Source: an uncultured Candidatus Saccharibacteria bacterium (GTDB lineage: Bacteria > Patescibacteriota > Minisyncoccia > Phycocordibacterales > UBA1006). From it: DNA of 64,000 nt. Below, piece by piece: positions 18,547 to 27,893 of this stretch; positions within the stretch are counted from its first letter, which is position 1; every line of letters begins with the position of its first letter. The stretch covers positions 146,989-210,988 of the forward strand of contig CAZQDL010000001.1 in assembly GCA_964592365.1 (NCBI GenBank), given 5' to 3'. A program made the position numbers and the translations under genes. The notes under the pieces were generated by a model. The model was not told the origin of the DNA and did no database searches. It saw nothing but the letters and a program-made list of their open reading frames with translations.

Positions 18547-19614
18547 ATGAATGATGTTCGTATTAAATTTGATACAGGGAATCTTATCTCCGTTGCAGCC
18601 ATAATCGCATTGATGGTCATGTTTTATCATATACGTGATCTTATCTTAACCTTAACTGTATCTTTGGTAATCGCTACTTTTGCAGAAAGTTTTGTAACCT
18701 TAGGAAAAAAAGTATCATTTCCTCGTGTTGTTTCAGTTGTTTTATTTTACACACTTATTGTAATCCTCTTTGGTGGATTAATACTCTTTTTTGTACCAGT
18801 TATGATTACCGAATTAGGATCACTACAGGGTCTTTATCCTGAAATCACAAGCTATGTAGAGGATGCTCGTCTACTTCAAGGAATCGCAACTCAAGAAGTT
18901 CCTCTAAGTTCTGTTGTTAGTGAAGGGGGTAATAACTTTATTCAAAATCTTTTTAGAAATGTTTCAGTTCTTGTCGGAGGTATTGTTAACTTCATTATTC
19001 TGTTTGTTGTTTCATTTTATCTTTCAGTTCAAGATGGTGGAATCGAACGATTTATACGAATTATTGTGCCTTTGAAGCATGAAGATTATGCAGTTGATCT
19101 ATGGCGAAGGACACGTGTGAAAATAGGGGCATGGTTTAATGGTCAGTTGTTATTAGCCTTAATTCTTACCATTCTTACTTATATTGGTTTGACCATCATT
19201 GGTACGCCTTATGCACTTTTGTTAGCAATGCTTGCAGGAGTATTTGGAATGATCCCTTATGGAATAATTTTAGCTCTTGTACCTGCTGTTGCTATTGCTT
19301 TTGTTAATGGTGGATGGAAGCTAGCACTTATTGTATTCATTATGTATTGGGTGATTCAGCAAATTACTGATTACGTTTTACAACCTCTTATCCTTAAAAA
19401 ATTAACAGGGCTACCAACACTCGTAGTTATTCTTTCTATTGTTATTGCAGGAAGTCTTGCTGGTATTATGGGCGTTATTATCGCCGTACCTGTTGCTGTA
19501 TTTATCCTTGAAATGGTTCATGACAGGGAACATAGTAAGAAACGAATTCTAGATGAGCTAGAGCATATTGAAAATACTAATTCAATTATAGATATACAAC
19601 ATGATGAAGAATAG
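18547..19614 (+). CDS. AI-2E family transporter (PerM/UPF0118)
   Basis: 355 aa, about 8 TM helices; GAWFNGQLLLALILTILTYIGLTIIGTPYALLLAMLAGVFGMIPYG pattern typical of PF01594. Confidence 0.65.
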   Translation: MNDVRIKFDTGNLISVAAIIALMVMFYHIRDLILTLTVSLVIATFAESFVTLGKKVSFPRVVSVVLFYTLIVILFGGLILFFVPVMITELGSLQGLYPEITSYVEDARLLQGIATQEVPLSSVVSEGGNNFIQNLFRNVSVLVGGIVNFIILFVVSFYLSVQDGGIERFIRIIVPLKHEDYAVDLWRRTRVKIGAWFNGQLLLALILTILTYIGLTIIGTPYALLLAMLAGVFGMIPYGIILALVPAVAIAFVNGGWKLALIVFIMYWVIQQITDYVLQPLILKKLTGLPTLVVILSIVIAGSLAGIMGVIIAVPVAVFILEMVHDREHSKKRILDELEHIENTNSIIDIQHDEE

Positions 19615-21058
19615 ACATGATACTCAATATATAACTACCACTCTTCCATATGTGAACAGTGACCCACACGTAGGTTTTGCAATGGAACTTATTCGTGCTG
19701 ATGTTCAGGCTCGATACTTTTCTCTTATGGGAAAGAAGGTATTTTTCAATACAGGAACAGATGAACATGGAATAAAAATTTTTCAGAAAGCTAATGAACG
19801 GGGAATACCCGTACAAGACTATGTAAATGAATACGCAGCTTCATTCAAGGGACTTATCAAATTATTAAATATATCACCGGATGTTAACTTCGTTCGTACT
19901 ACTGATACTCACCATACGCAAGCGGCAATTGAGTTTTGGAAGCGTTGTGATCAAAATGGATATATCTATAAAAAGAACTATCAAACAAAATATTGTATTG
20001 GTTGCGAAATGGAAAAAACAGATTCTGAGTTAGTTAATGGATTATGTGAAATACATCCACATACAGAACTTGAAATAATCGATGAGGAAAATTACTTCTT
20101 TAAATTCTCTGCATGTGAATCATTTCTACTTGATTTGTATAACAAGAATCCACAATTTGTTATCCCTGATTTTAGATTTAACGAAATTAAAAAATTTGTA
20201 GAAGGAGGATTACAAGATTTTTCAATTTCAAGATTGAAAGAAAAAATGCCTTGGGGTATTTCTGTTCCTGGTGATGAGCAACATGTCATGTATGTATGGT
20301 TTGATGCTTTGGTAAATTATATATCATGTCTTAATTGGCCTGATGATACTGAAAAGTTTGAAGATTTTTGGGTACAGGGAAACCCTATTCAGTATGCTGG
20401 AAAGGATAATCTAAGACAGCAGTCAGCTATGTGGCAAGCGATGTTATTCGCCGCAGGTCTTCCTCATTCAAAACAAATTGTAATTAATGGATTCATTAAT
20501 TCAGGAGGTCAAAAAATGTCAAAATCATTAGGTAATGTAATCAGCCCATATGATTTAGTTAATGAATATGGAGCTGATGCTCTTCGTTACTATCTTCTGA
20601 GACATGTTAATTCATTTGAAGATAGTGATATGACGTTAGAAAAGTTTAAGGAAGCGTATAATGCTAATCTTGCAAACGGTATTGGAAATTTGGTTCAACG
20701 AGTGATGAAAATGATTACCACCTATGAAGTTGATATTTCTCATGTAAATTTCAATGATCATGACCCAGTTATGTCATATCATCAAAAGCATATTGAATCA
20801 TTTGATGTTAATAAGGTAATGGATGAACAGTGGCGATTAATTGGTGACCTTGATACCTTTATCGCAACAGAACAACCTTTCAAAAAGATAAAAGAAAATG
20901 TGGAAGAAGCACATAGAGATCTGAAATATCTTGCAGAAGAGCTAGGAAGACTCTCGGTGAGTCTTTACCCTATGATGCCTGAAACTGCAGCACGTATTCA
21001 AGAATGTTTAACTGAAGTTAAGATTCCAGATACTCCTTTGTTTATAAGAAAAGACTAG
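19601..21058 (+). CDS. metG: methionyl-tRNA synthetase (core only; no C-terminal tRNA-binding domain)
   Basis: YITTTLPYVNSDPHVGFA (HIGH-type), KMSKSLGN, and zinc-knuckle cysteines CIGC...C. Confidence 0.9.
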   Translation: MMKNRHDTQYITTTLPYVNSDPHVGFAMELIRADVQARYFSLMGKKVFFNTGTDEHGIKIFQKANERGIPVQDYVNEYAASFKGLIKLLNISPDVNFVRTTDTHHTQAAIEFWKRCDQNGYIYKKNYQTKYCIGCEMEKTDSELVNGLCEIHPHTELEIIDEENYFFKFSACESFLLDLYNKNPQFVIPDFRFNEIKKFVEGGLQDFSISRLKEKMPWGISVPGDEQHVMYVWFDALVNYISCLNWPDDTEKFEDFWVQGNPIQYAGKDNLRQQSAMWQAMLFAAGLPHSKQIVINGFINSGGQKMSKSLGNVISPYDLVNEYGADALRYYLLRHVNSFEDSDMTLEKFKEAYNANLANGIGNLVQRVMKMITTYEVDISHVNFNDHDPVMSYHQKHIESFDVNKVMDEQWRLIGDLDTFIATEQPFKKIKENVEEAHRDLKYLAEELGRLSVSLYPMMPETAARIQECLTEVKIPDTPLFIRKD

Positions 21059-21075
21059 GTAAACTAGTCTTTTTG
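21050..21075 (+). terminator. rho-independent terminator after metG
   Basis: AGACTAG-GTAAA-CTAGTCT plus TTTT. Confidence 0.65.
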
Positions 21076-21092
21076 TGTAGTATTATGCTGAT

Positions 21093-21833
21093 ATGAAAAT
21101 ACTTGCTATCCCTACCAAACGAGTTTCTGTTGGTGATATTCTTTTTGATATATTGGCTTCATCACTTCCTGCTACTTTAGAAGAGGGAACTATTGTCTGC
21201 ATTAGTTCAAAGATAATTTCTCTGTGTGAAGGTCGAGTAAAAAAGATATCTGATGTTCAAAAAAAAGATGACTTGATTATTGAAGAATCCGATTATTATT
21301 TACCACGATCATATACACCTGGATCATATGTAATGCATACGATACGAGATGGTATATTGATGTCCTCAGCTGGTATTGATGCTTCAAATTCAGGAGAATA
21401 TTATGTACTTCTTCCAAATGATTCATATTCCTCAGCCAAGGAAATATATTTATGGCTAAAGAAACGATACGCGCTTTCTTCTGTTGGTGTTGTTATCACC
21501 GATTCTAGAAGTATGGCATTTAGAAGAGGTGTGGTTGGTATTTCTGTTGGTTACTATGGATTTTCAGCACTCAATGAGTATAGAGGGACAAGTGATCTCT
21601 TTGGAAGAAAAATGAAAATTTCACGTGCTAATGTTGTTGATAGTTTGGCATCAGCTTCAGTACTAGCTATGGGGGAGGGTAATGAATCAACACCCATCGC
21701 TCTTATTTCTGAATTTGATAAGGTGAATTTTGACATTCAAGAACCATTATCAGATTTTCATGTTCCATATAATGAGGATATCCAGGCACCATTTTTTCTT
21801 CATGCTCCATGGAAAAAAGGTGGAAAGAAATAG
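21093..21833 (+). CDS. CofE / F420-0:gamma-glutamyl ligase family protein
   Basis: GDILFDIL, CISSKIISLCEGR and SSAGIDASN motifs characteristic of PF01996. Confidence 0.55.
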   Translation: MKILAIPTKRVSVGDILFDILASSLPATLEEGTIVCISSKIISLCEGRVKKISDVQKKDDLIIEESDYYLPRSYTPGSYVMHTIRDGILMSSAGIDASNSGEYYVLLPNDSYSSAKEIYLWLKKRYALSSVGVVITDSRSMAFRRGVVGISVGYYGFSALNEYRGTSDLFGRKMKISRANVVDSLASASVLAMGEGNESTPIALISEFDKVNFDIQEPLSDFHVPYNEDIQAPFFLHAPWKKGGKK

Positions 21834-21856
21834 TTTGTTAATTTATTTGGTTATTC

Positions 21857-22717
21857 ATGTATGATGCATATATGAAATATATAGATACTCACTGCCATTT
21901 AAATTTTGCTGTCTATTCAGATGATATTGATCAGGTTATCCAGAAACTTATTGAAAGCAAGACGATGGCAATTGTTGTTGGAACACAATACGATACTTCA
22001 TTGCGTGCTGTTGAACTTGCAAAACAGTATGAACATATCTTTGCCATCGTTGGGCTACACCCTATTCACACCACAGCAAGTTTTCATGATGTAGAAGAGC
22101 TAGGGACTGAGGGTGGTGAATTTACTTCTCGAGGAGAATTGTTTGATATTGAAAAATATACCAATCTAGTTACTAGTTCTCCTAAAGTTGTTGGGATAGG
22201 GGAATGTGGTCTTGATTACTATCGAAATGTTCAAGAAACTAAAGATATACAAGAGTTAGCCTTTAGGAAGCAACTTGAATTATCAATATCTCTTGACCTA
22301 CCTGTAATGATTCATGTTCGACCTTCCCCAAAAAGTTATGATGCCTACTATGATGTTCTTGAGATTCTAAGGGAATATAAAATGAAGCATCCAAATCTCA
22401 GAGGTCAGGTTCACTTTTTTGCAGGTAATGTTCAGATAGCTCAAGAATTTATTGATCTTGGTTTTTATATTTCATTTACAGGAGTTATCACTTTTGCAAA
22501 AGAGTACGAAGATATTATCAAGAACATTCCACACGACAGAATTCTTTCTGAAACTGATGCTCCGTATGTAACACCTGTTCCATATAGAGGATCAAGAAAC
22601 GAGCCTCAATACGTTATTGAGGTAGTAAAGAAAATTGCAGAAATATGGAATACTACTGAATCATATGTTGCAGATCGCACGCTTGAAAATGCAAAAAAAC
22701 TTTACTTGTTAACATAA
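21857..22717 (+). CDS. tatD: TatD family hydrolase/DNase
   Basis: YIDTHCHLNF N-terminus, GECGLDY, and downstream His/Asp metal ligands. Confidence 0.85.
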   Translation: MYDAYMKYIDTHCHLNFAVYSDDIDQVIQKLIESKTMAIVVGTQYDTSLRAVELAKQYEHIFAIVGLHPIHTTASFHDVEELGTEGGEFTSRGELFDIEKYTNLVTSSPKVVGIGECGLDYYRNVQETKDIQELAFRKQLELSISLDLPVMIHVRPSPKSYDAYYDVLEILREYKMKHPNLRGQVHFFAGNVQIAQEFIDLGFYISFTGVITFAKEYEDIIKNIPHDRILSETDAPYVTPVPYRGSRNEPQYVIEVVKKIAEIWNTTESYVADRTLENAKKLYLLT

Positions 22718-22776
22718 AATTGAAATGGTTAGAAAAATTGTCATTTTATTTAGTTAATTGTTTAGTTAGTTTAGTG

Positions 22777-22803
22777 GCTCTTCTTTCGGGAAGAGCTTTT
22801 TCT
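22777..22803 (+). terminator. rho-independent terminator after tatD (inside the ORF-track 5' extension of rpsF)
   Basis: GCTCTTC-TTTCGG-GAAGAGC plus TTTTTCTTT. Confidence 0.6.
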
Positions 22804-22830
22804 TTACACAATAGAGAAAATAGGTACTAT

Positions 22831-23544
22831 ATGCTGAGTATGAATAACGAAAATACAAAAGGTTTCTCAAATGATGTTACATCATCAGAGCCACGTGTTT
22901 ACGAATTGGGATATCTTATTATGCCAAGCGTAGATGAGGGAGATCTTGGAACACAACGCGATGCGTTGGTGGCACTTATTACACGTTTTGAAGGAATTGT
23001 TATTGATGAAGGACAACCAGCATTAATTGATTTAGCTTATGAAATGGATAAATTAATTAACAACAAACGAGCAATCTTCAATCAAGCTTACTTTGGATGG
23101 ATTAAGTTCGATGTATCACCACGAGGTGTTGAAGCACTTACTAAAGAAATTGAAGCTGTACAATCTCTTATTAGATTTATTTTAGTTAAAACAATAAAGG
23201 AAAATACTCTTACATCAGAGCAACCTTATAAGTTAGCTAAAACATCAGGTGATGTTTCAAATGATTCAGAAGAAGATATTGAAATTGATGAAGTTGATGA
23301 TCTTACAATGATCGAAGGAATTGGTTCAGTTATCGCTGAAACGTTAGCAGACGCAGGAATTGAAACTTTTGAAGCATTAGCAGGATTAGGGAATGAAAAA
23401 ATCCAATCTCTTATCACTGATGTTAAAGGAGTTCATGATAGCTCAACATGGGCACAACAGGCTCAACTAGCAAGAGATGGAAAATTTGAAGAACTAAAAA
23501 ACCTTCAATCAGAACTCAAAGGAGGAGTAAAGGAAGAAGAGTAA
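22831..23544 (+). CDS. rpsF: 30S ribosomal protein S6 with a long C-terminal extension containing helix-hairpin-helix motifs (ORF track start 22720)
   Basis: The S6 core runs from YELGYLIMPSVDEG to AYFGWIKFDV...LIRFILVKT. The C-terminal roughly 100 aa carries HhH motifs (IEGIGSVIAETLADAGIETFEALAGL; DUF4332-like). The start was moved past the tatD terminator. Confidence 0.8.
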   Translation: MLSMNNENTKGFSNDVTSSEPRVYELGYLIMPSVDEGDLGTQRDALVALITRFEGIVIDEGQPALIDLAYEMDKLINNKRAIFNQAYFGWIKFDVSPRGVEALTKEIEAVQSLIRFILVKTIKENTLTSEQPYKLAKTSGDVSNDSEEDIEIDEVDDLTMIEGIGSVIAETLADAGIETFEALAGLGNEKIQSLITDVKGVHDSSTWAQQAQLARDGKFEELKNLQSELKGGVKEEE

Positions 23545-23566
23545 TTTATCAAGTCTTAATTGAACG

Positions 23567-23575
23567 TGGTATACT
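23567..23575 (+). promoter_or_regulatory. extended -10 promoter (TGgTATACT) 7 nt upstream of the ssb ATG; near-leaderless
   Basis: cgTGgTATACTaatattATG. Confidence 0.4.
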
Positions 23576-23581
23576 AATATT

Positions 23582-24031
23582 ATGTATTTAAACAAAGTAG
23601 TAATTATTGGAAATCTTACAAGTACCCCTGAATTGAAAAATCTTCCCTCAGGAATGAAAGTTGCAAATTTTTCAGTGGCAACTAATCGTGTGTGGAAAGA
23701 TCAAGCAGGACAGAAACAAGAAGCAGTAGACTATCACAACATTGTTGTGTTTGGTCGACAAGCTGAAACATCAGCACAGTTTCTTGCTAAAGGGTCACAG
23801 GTAATGGTTGAAGGACGTCTTCAAACCAGATCATGGGATGATACTTCTTCTGGAAAGAAGATGTATCGTACTGAAGTTATTGCAGACCGCGTGCAATTTG
23901 GGACACGATCTCAGGGTGTAGGAAATATGGCACCTCAAGAGGAACAACCAGTTGATGCACCAAGCTCAGCAGATGTTGATACTATTGAGTATCCAGACGA
24001 AGATATTAACCCTGAAGATATTCCTTTCTAA
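23582..24031 (+). CDS. ssb: single-stranded DNA-binding protein
   Basis: OB-fold N-terminus (NKVVIIGNLTSTPEL...) and acidic C-terminal DIPF tail. Confidence 0.9.
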   Translation: MYLNKVVIIGNLTSTPELKNLPSGMKVANFSVATNRVWKDQAGQKQEAVDYHNIVVFGRQAETSAQFLAKGSQVMVEGRLQTRSWDDTSSGKKMYRTEVIADRVQFGTRSQGVGNMAPQEEQPVDAPSSADVDTIEYPDEDINPEDIPF

Positions 24032-24057
24032 ATTAAAAGAACTAAGTTATATCAAGC

Positions 24058-24261
24058 ATGAAACAACATTGTTACTTCAAGCAAAATAACATTAAGCACA
24101 TTGACTACAAGGATGTGGAACTTATGAAAAAGTTTCTTACTCCAAATGCTCGAATCATGGGACGAAAGCGAACCGGAACTTCAGCAAAATCACAACGTCA
24201 ATTAGCTAATGCTATCAAGCGAGCACGATTTATGGGATTACTTCCATATATTAGAAGCTAA
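24058..24261 (+). CDS. rpsR: 30S ribosomal protein S18
   Basis: [52 protein letters not shown]; classic rpsF-ssb-rpsR order. Confidence 0.9.
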   Translation: MKQHCYFKQNNIKHIDYKDVELMKKFLTPNARIMGRKRTGTSAKSQRQLANAIKRARFMGLLPYIRS

Positions 24262-24282
24262 AACCACAAGAGTGGTTTTTTC
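24261..24282 (+). terminator. rho-independent terminator after rpsR
   Basis: AAACCAC-AAGA-GTGGTTT plus T-run. Confidence 0.7.
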
Positions 24283-24339
24283 TTTTACATCTTTTGGGGT
24301 ATGCTATTGGAAACAATATAAACCTAAAAAAGAATAATC

Positions 24340-24816
24340 ATGAAAAAAATTTTCCATTACGTACGAGCAATTCATCCACCTATTATTCTGGTACTTACCG
24401 GAATATTATTGTCTTATCTTGTTTTTGATATGACCCAGGCACCTTTTCGTTATATATTTGGATGGCCATTGGTATTTCTTACCATTGTTGCCTTCTTTGA
24501 TGGTGTTAATCGATTATTGGAATTCAGAGGTGTTTTAAGATTAGTAAAACCTCACATAACTAATGAATCAATTGAACGTCTTCTTAAAAGAAGTAAAAGA
24601 ACATGGTGTACAAGAGAAGTAGCCAAGGCTGCATTAAAAGCAAGATTACCTAAAAGTAGATTTAGCAATTACAAAAACTATTATGCAAAGCAAGGATATC
24701 ATTTACTTCATATTTTCCCAGATGGGACTTTTAGTAAAAATTCACCATGGCTTACCAAAGAGTTTTACGTTAAAACCTTTTTAGGAATCTTTAAAAACAA
24801 AAGGCTCAAAGCATGA
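24340..24816 (+). CDS. hypothetical membrane protein (2 TM, basic C-terminal domain)
   Basis: Intact ORF, 4-nt overlap (ATGA) with the next ORF. Confidence 0.5.
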   Translation: MKKIFHYVRAIHPPIILVLTGILLSYLVFDMTQAPFRYIFGWPLVFLTIVAFFDGVNRLLEFRGVLRLVKPHITNESIERLLKRSKRTWCTREVAKAALKARLPKSRFSNYKNYYAKQGYHLLHIFPDGTFSKNSPWLTKEFYVKTFLGIFKNKRLKA

Positions 24817-25229
24817 AAAAGAATATTCTCAGCAAGGTAATCAAAGTTTTTCTACGAGAAAAAAGATTTGATGTAGTTTCCACTCGTGATATAAGTGAAT
24901 ATCAGCAAGTACATTTTCTTTTAAAGGCTCAGGGAATTGGAACAATTACCTTTGCAAAAGGAGTGTTTCTTCCTTATGCATATGATAGTGCTATTAACAT
25001 CATAGAACTATTTAAAAGGTATAAATACAAAATCCAATATTCAAGTGATGGTAATCAGCTATATATCCCTGAAATTTCAGAGATACTTGAAACAATGCGA
25101 AAAGATGGTAATAGAAGAGTAGACGTTACACAGTATTTCCCTGATGTTACTCTCACAGAAAATGAAATTCCTCAGGAAATAGTATCTTTTTGGTTGACGA
25201 TAAGTTCAATTTCTTTTATGGAAATATAA
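24813..25229 (+). CDS. hypothetical protein (138 aa)
   Basis: Translationally coupled to the upstream ORF. No motif recognised. Confidence 0.5.
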   Translation: MKKNILSKVIKVFLREKRFDVVSTRDISEYQQVHFLLKAQGIGTITFAKGVFLPYAYDSAINIIELFKRYKYKIQYSSDGNQLYIPEISEILETMRKDGNRRVDVTQYFPDVTLTENEIPQEIVSFWLTISSISFMEI

Positions 25230-25259
25230 AACCTAAGAATATACATTCTTAGGTTTTTA
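25228..25259. terminator. bidirectional terminator shared with convergent efp
   Basis: AACCTAAGAAT-ATAC-ATTCTTAGGTT plus T-run. Confidence 0.7.
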
Positions 25260-25844
25260 TTACGCCTTAGAAACTCTTTCAGAATAGGTTCCTGTGTCAG
25301 TATTTACTGCAATGATATCTCCAATATTGATAAACAATGGAGCGGTAATTTTAGCACCAGTTGATACGGTAACTAACTTGTCACCACCTGTTGCAGTATT
25401 TCCTTTAATTGAAGGGGGAGCTTCGGTAACTTCAAGTTCAACTTTGATAGGGAGTTTAAGACCAATAATCTGATCTTCTTCATCACCATCAGAATAGATA
25501 AGTGCTTCTACGCTCGTTCCTTCAAGGATATAGTTCTGTGCATCACCAACGGTTTCATTTGAAAGTGCAAATCTATCTGATTTATTACCTTCACTGTGGA
25601 ACCAGAATTCATTTCCTTTTCGATAGATATATACAATATTCTTTCGATTAATATCCGCTTCATCAACGGTATCAGAAACATGAAAGGTGTGTTCTATTAC
25701 TCTCCCATTTAAAAGTGATTTAAGCTTAGTCTTATTCACCGGTTTATTCTGTTGCTTTCGAGCTACGTGTGAATATACCACCTCGTATGGTTCATTTTCA
25801 ATTACGATATATTTTCTTTCTTTAATTTCATTGTAACTTAACAT
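25260..25844 (-). CDS. efp: elongation factor P
   Basis: EF-P N-terminal KOW-like fold (IVIENEPYEVV...ARKQQNKPVNKTKLKSLLNG) with the beta-loop K. Confidence 0.9.
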   Translation of the reverse strand: MLSYNEIKERKYIVIENEPYEVVYSHVARKQQNKPVNKTKLKSLLNGRVIEHTFHVSDTVDEADINRKNIVYIYRKGNEFWFHSEGNKSDRFALSNETVGDAQNYILEGTSVEALIYSDGDEEDQIIGLKLPIKVELEVTEAPPSIKGNTATGGDKLVTVSTGAKITAPLFINIGDIIAVNTDTGTYSERVSKA

Positions 25845-25880
25845 GACCTCTACTGTATCGAAAGATTTTATTTTGGCAAC

Positions 25881-25911
25881 AAAAAACCCATATGCTTACT
25901 ATGGGTTTTTT
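25881..25911. terminator. bidirectional terminator (3' end of the recJ / small-ORF transcript on the - strand)
   Basis: A6-CCCATA-TGCTTAC-TATGGG-T6. Confidence 0.6.
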
Positions 25912-25922
25912 ATAAATTTTGG

Positions 25923-26069
25923 TTAGCATTTCTGAAGTAGAAAGGCTGAAATTGAAAAGGCTAATATTGATGGAATAGCCATTGTATTGATTCCAATTGA
26001 TATTAGTGAAAGGTCAACGATTCCTCCTATCGAAGGGATAACAAAGAATATTTTCTCAAATTTTTTCAT
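25923..26069 (-). CDS. small hydrophobic peptide (48 aa), low confidence
   Basis: MKKFEKIFFVIPSIGGIVDLSLISIGINTMAIPSILAFSISAFLLQKC. Lies between the recJ stop and the terminator; not in the ORF track (<60 aa). Confidence 0.2.
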   Translation of the reverse strand: MKKFEKIFFVIPSIGGIVDLSLISIGINTMAIPSILAFSISAFLLQKC

Positions 26070-26122
26070 TGTGTTTATGTTTTAAAAGTTCAATTATATT
26101 AAATCAATTATCAAAACAATTG

Positions 26123-27835
26123 TCAATTTATTTCCACAAGTCCCAATCTAAGTTCATGGATTCCTCTGAATACAGAATAGTTAATTTCAACAATAATATC
26201 TATTGGTTTCTCTAAAGAAACTGAAGGGTAGTCATTAGGTGTTTTGAAAAATTGTATTGCTGAAATGATGGAACCATCGGGTTTCTTGAAACTTATCTTG
26301 AGATGATTTTGTTGTTTTCCAAAGCTTTCAATTGCGATAGGGGTAACTCCTGATATGAGAAACAATGGTTTTGGATTTCCCTGACCAAAAGGGGCAAGGG
26401 ATCGAATCTTTTTGTAGGTATCCATATTGATTTCATTGAGAGATATATGTGCATCAATGAATGTTTCATTTTCAACTACTTCTGGATATTTCTGTACATA
26501 GTCTATATATGCTTGTTCCATGCGTTCTTGTAGGAAATGGATTTCTTTTTTTAGCGTACTAAATCCTCCTGCTTCTGCATGTCCTCCGAATTGAATAAAT
26601 GCTGATTCTTCAGCAAGAGACATAAGTTTTACTAAATCAACTCCATGAGCTGATCGTGCAGAACCTTTTATCACTCCTTGTTCTTCACTCCACACAAATG
26701 CTGGCTTGTTATATTTTTCAGTAATTTTTGATGCAACTAGTCCTAAAATACCAGCTTGCCAGTTAGGTGAACCAATCACTATGATTGAGGCTTCAGGTCT
26801 ATTTTCCATACTAGCAGTTACTGATTTCATGGTAGAAGCTACTAACTTCTTTCGTTCATTATTCAGGGCATCTAAATGCTTTACTGCAGCATCTGCCTTT
26901 ACCTCATTTGATGCGATAAGGGTATGAAGAGCGTCCTCAGGGTGGCTCATACGTGATGCCGCATTGAGTTTAGGTGTAACAGAAAATGCGAGATCTTCTT
27001 CAGTTAGGTGATTTATGTTTAAACCAGCACTCCAGATAAGTTTCTTTAATCCTGGTCTTTTGGTTTTTTTGATTACCTTCATTCCGAAGTAAGCAAAAAT
27101 TCTATTTTCATTAATCAACGGAACCATATCAGATATTGTTGAAAGACCTACCATATCAAGTAACCACTTATCCCAACCCTCTTGAATATTCAAATTATCA
27201 CCATATTTTTTAATAAATGCTTGAACACATTTAAATATTACTCCGCAACCACAAAGCATATCATCAGGGTATGAGCATTGTTCTTGTTTGGGATTAATTA
27301 AAAGAAATGCTTCTGGAAGTATTTGTTTTCCATTAACGTCACATATTGGTTCGTGATGATCGGTGATGATAAGGTCAAGGTTTTGTTCTTTACACCATGT
27401 TGCAGCATTGTGACCGGTAATTCCAACATCTATAGTAATGATTAGAGTGGTTCCTGAAGCTTTAATTTTTTCTAAAGCATCTAGATGGATTCCATATCCT
27501 TCATCATGTCTGTGGGGAAGATATATGTTGTAATTAGTGTATCCAATTTTATCCAACAATGTTGCAAGGACAACACTTCCAGGAATACCATCAGCATCAT
27601 AATCAGCATAGATAGTGATGTTCTCGTTGGTATCGATAGCTTGTTTTAATCTAACAACCATCTCTTCTACATTATGCAGAAGAAAGGGATCATAGTTTGT
27701 TTCCCAAACAGGATTTAGGAATACCTCTGCATCTTCTTTTGATTGTATCCCTCTATTCATTAACAGTTGAGCAAGTAAAGGAGTATAGGTTAAAGCAAGT
27801 TCATGCTGAGGATCAATAGGAGGGTGTATGTTCAT
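26123..27835 (-). CDS. recJ: single-stranded-DNA-specific exonuclease RecJ (ORF track start 27910; MNIHPP at 27835 preferred)
   Basis: DHH domain (YADYDADG, ITDHHEP) and DHHA1 region. The 27910 start would place the terminator of the upstream gene inside the coding sequence. Confidence 0.85.
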   Translation of the reverse strand: MNIHPPIDPQHELALTYTPLLAQLLMNRGIQSKEDAEVFLNPVWETNYDPFLLHNVEEMVVRLKQAIDTNENITIYADYDADGIPGSVVLATLLDKIGYTNYNIYLPHRHDEGYGIHLDALEKIKASGTTLIITIDVGITGHNAATWCKEQNLDLIITDHHEPICDVNGKQILPEAFLLINPKQEQCSYPDDMLCGCGVIFKCVQAFIKKYGDNLNIQEGWDKWLLDMVGLSTISDMVPLINENRIFAYFGMKVIKKTKRPGLKKLIWSAGLNINHLTEEDLAFSVTPKLNAASRMSHPEDALHTLIASNEVKADAAVKHLDALNNERKKLVASTMKSVTASMENRPEASIIVIGSPNWQAGILGLVASKITEKYNKPAFVWSEEQGVIKGSARSAHGVDLVKLMSLAEESAFIQFGGHAEAGGFSTLKKEIHFLQERMEQAYIDYVQKYPEVVENETFIDAHISLNEINMDTYKKIRSLAPFGQGNPKPLFLISGVTPIAIESFGKQQNHLKISFKKPDGSIISAIQFFKTPNDYPSVSLEKPIDIIVEINYSVFRGIHELRLGLVEIN

Positions 27836-27864
27836 AGTATGAAGTATAGCATGGTGATGAAGGT

Positions 27865-27893
27865 CATAAAAAAAGCCGCTAAATAGCGGCTTT
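27865..27893 (-). terminator. rho-independent terminator of the 27879..28403 gene (minus strand)
   Basis: Read on the minus strand: AAAGCCGCT-ATTT-AGCGGCTTT followed by T7; overlaps that gene's stop codon. Confidence 0.65.

Noticed and set aside
22720-22830. N-terminal 37-aa extension of rpsF from the ORF track
   Set aside because: It starts 3 nt after the tatD stop and runs through a terminator hairpin (22777-22803). The S6 homology begins only after the internal ATG at 22831.
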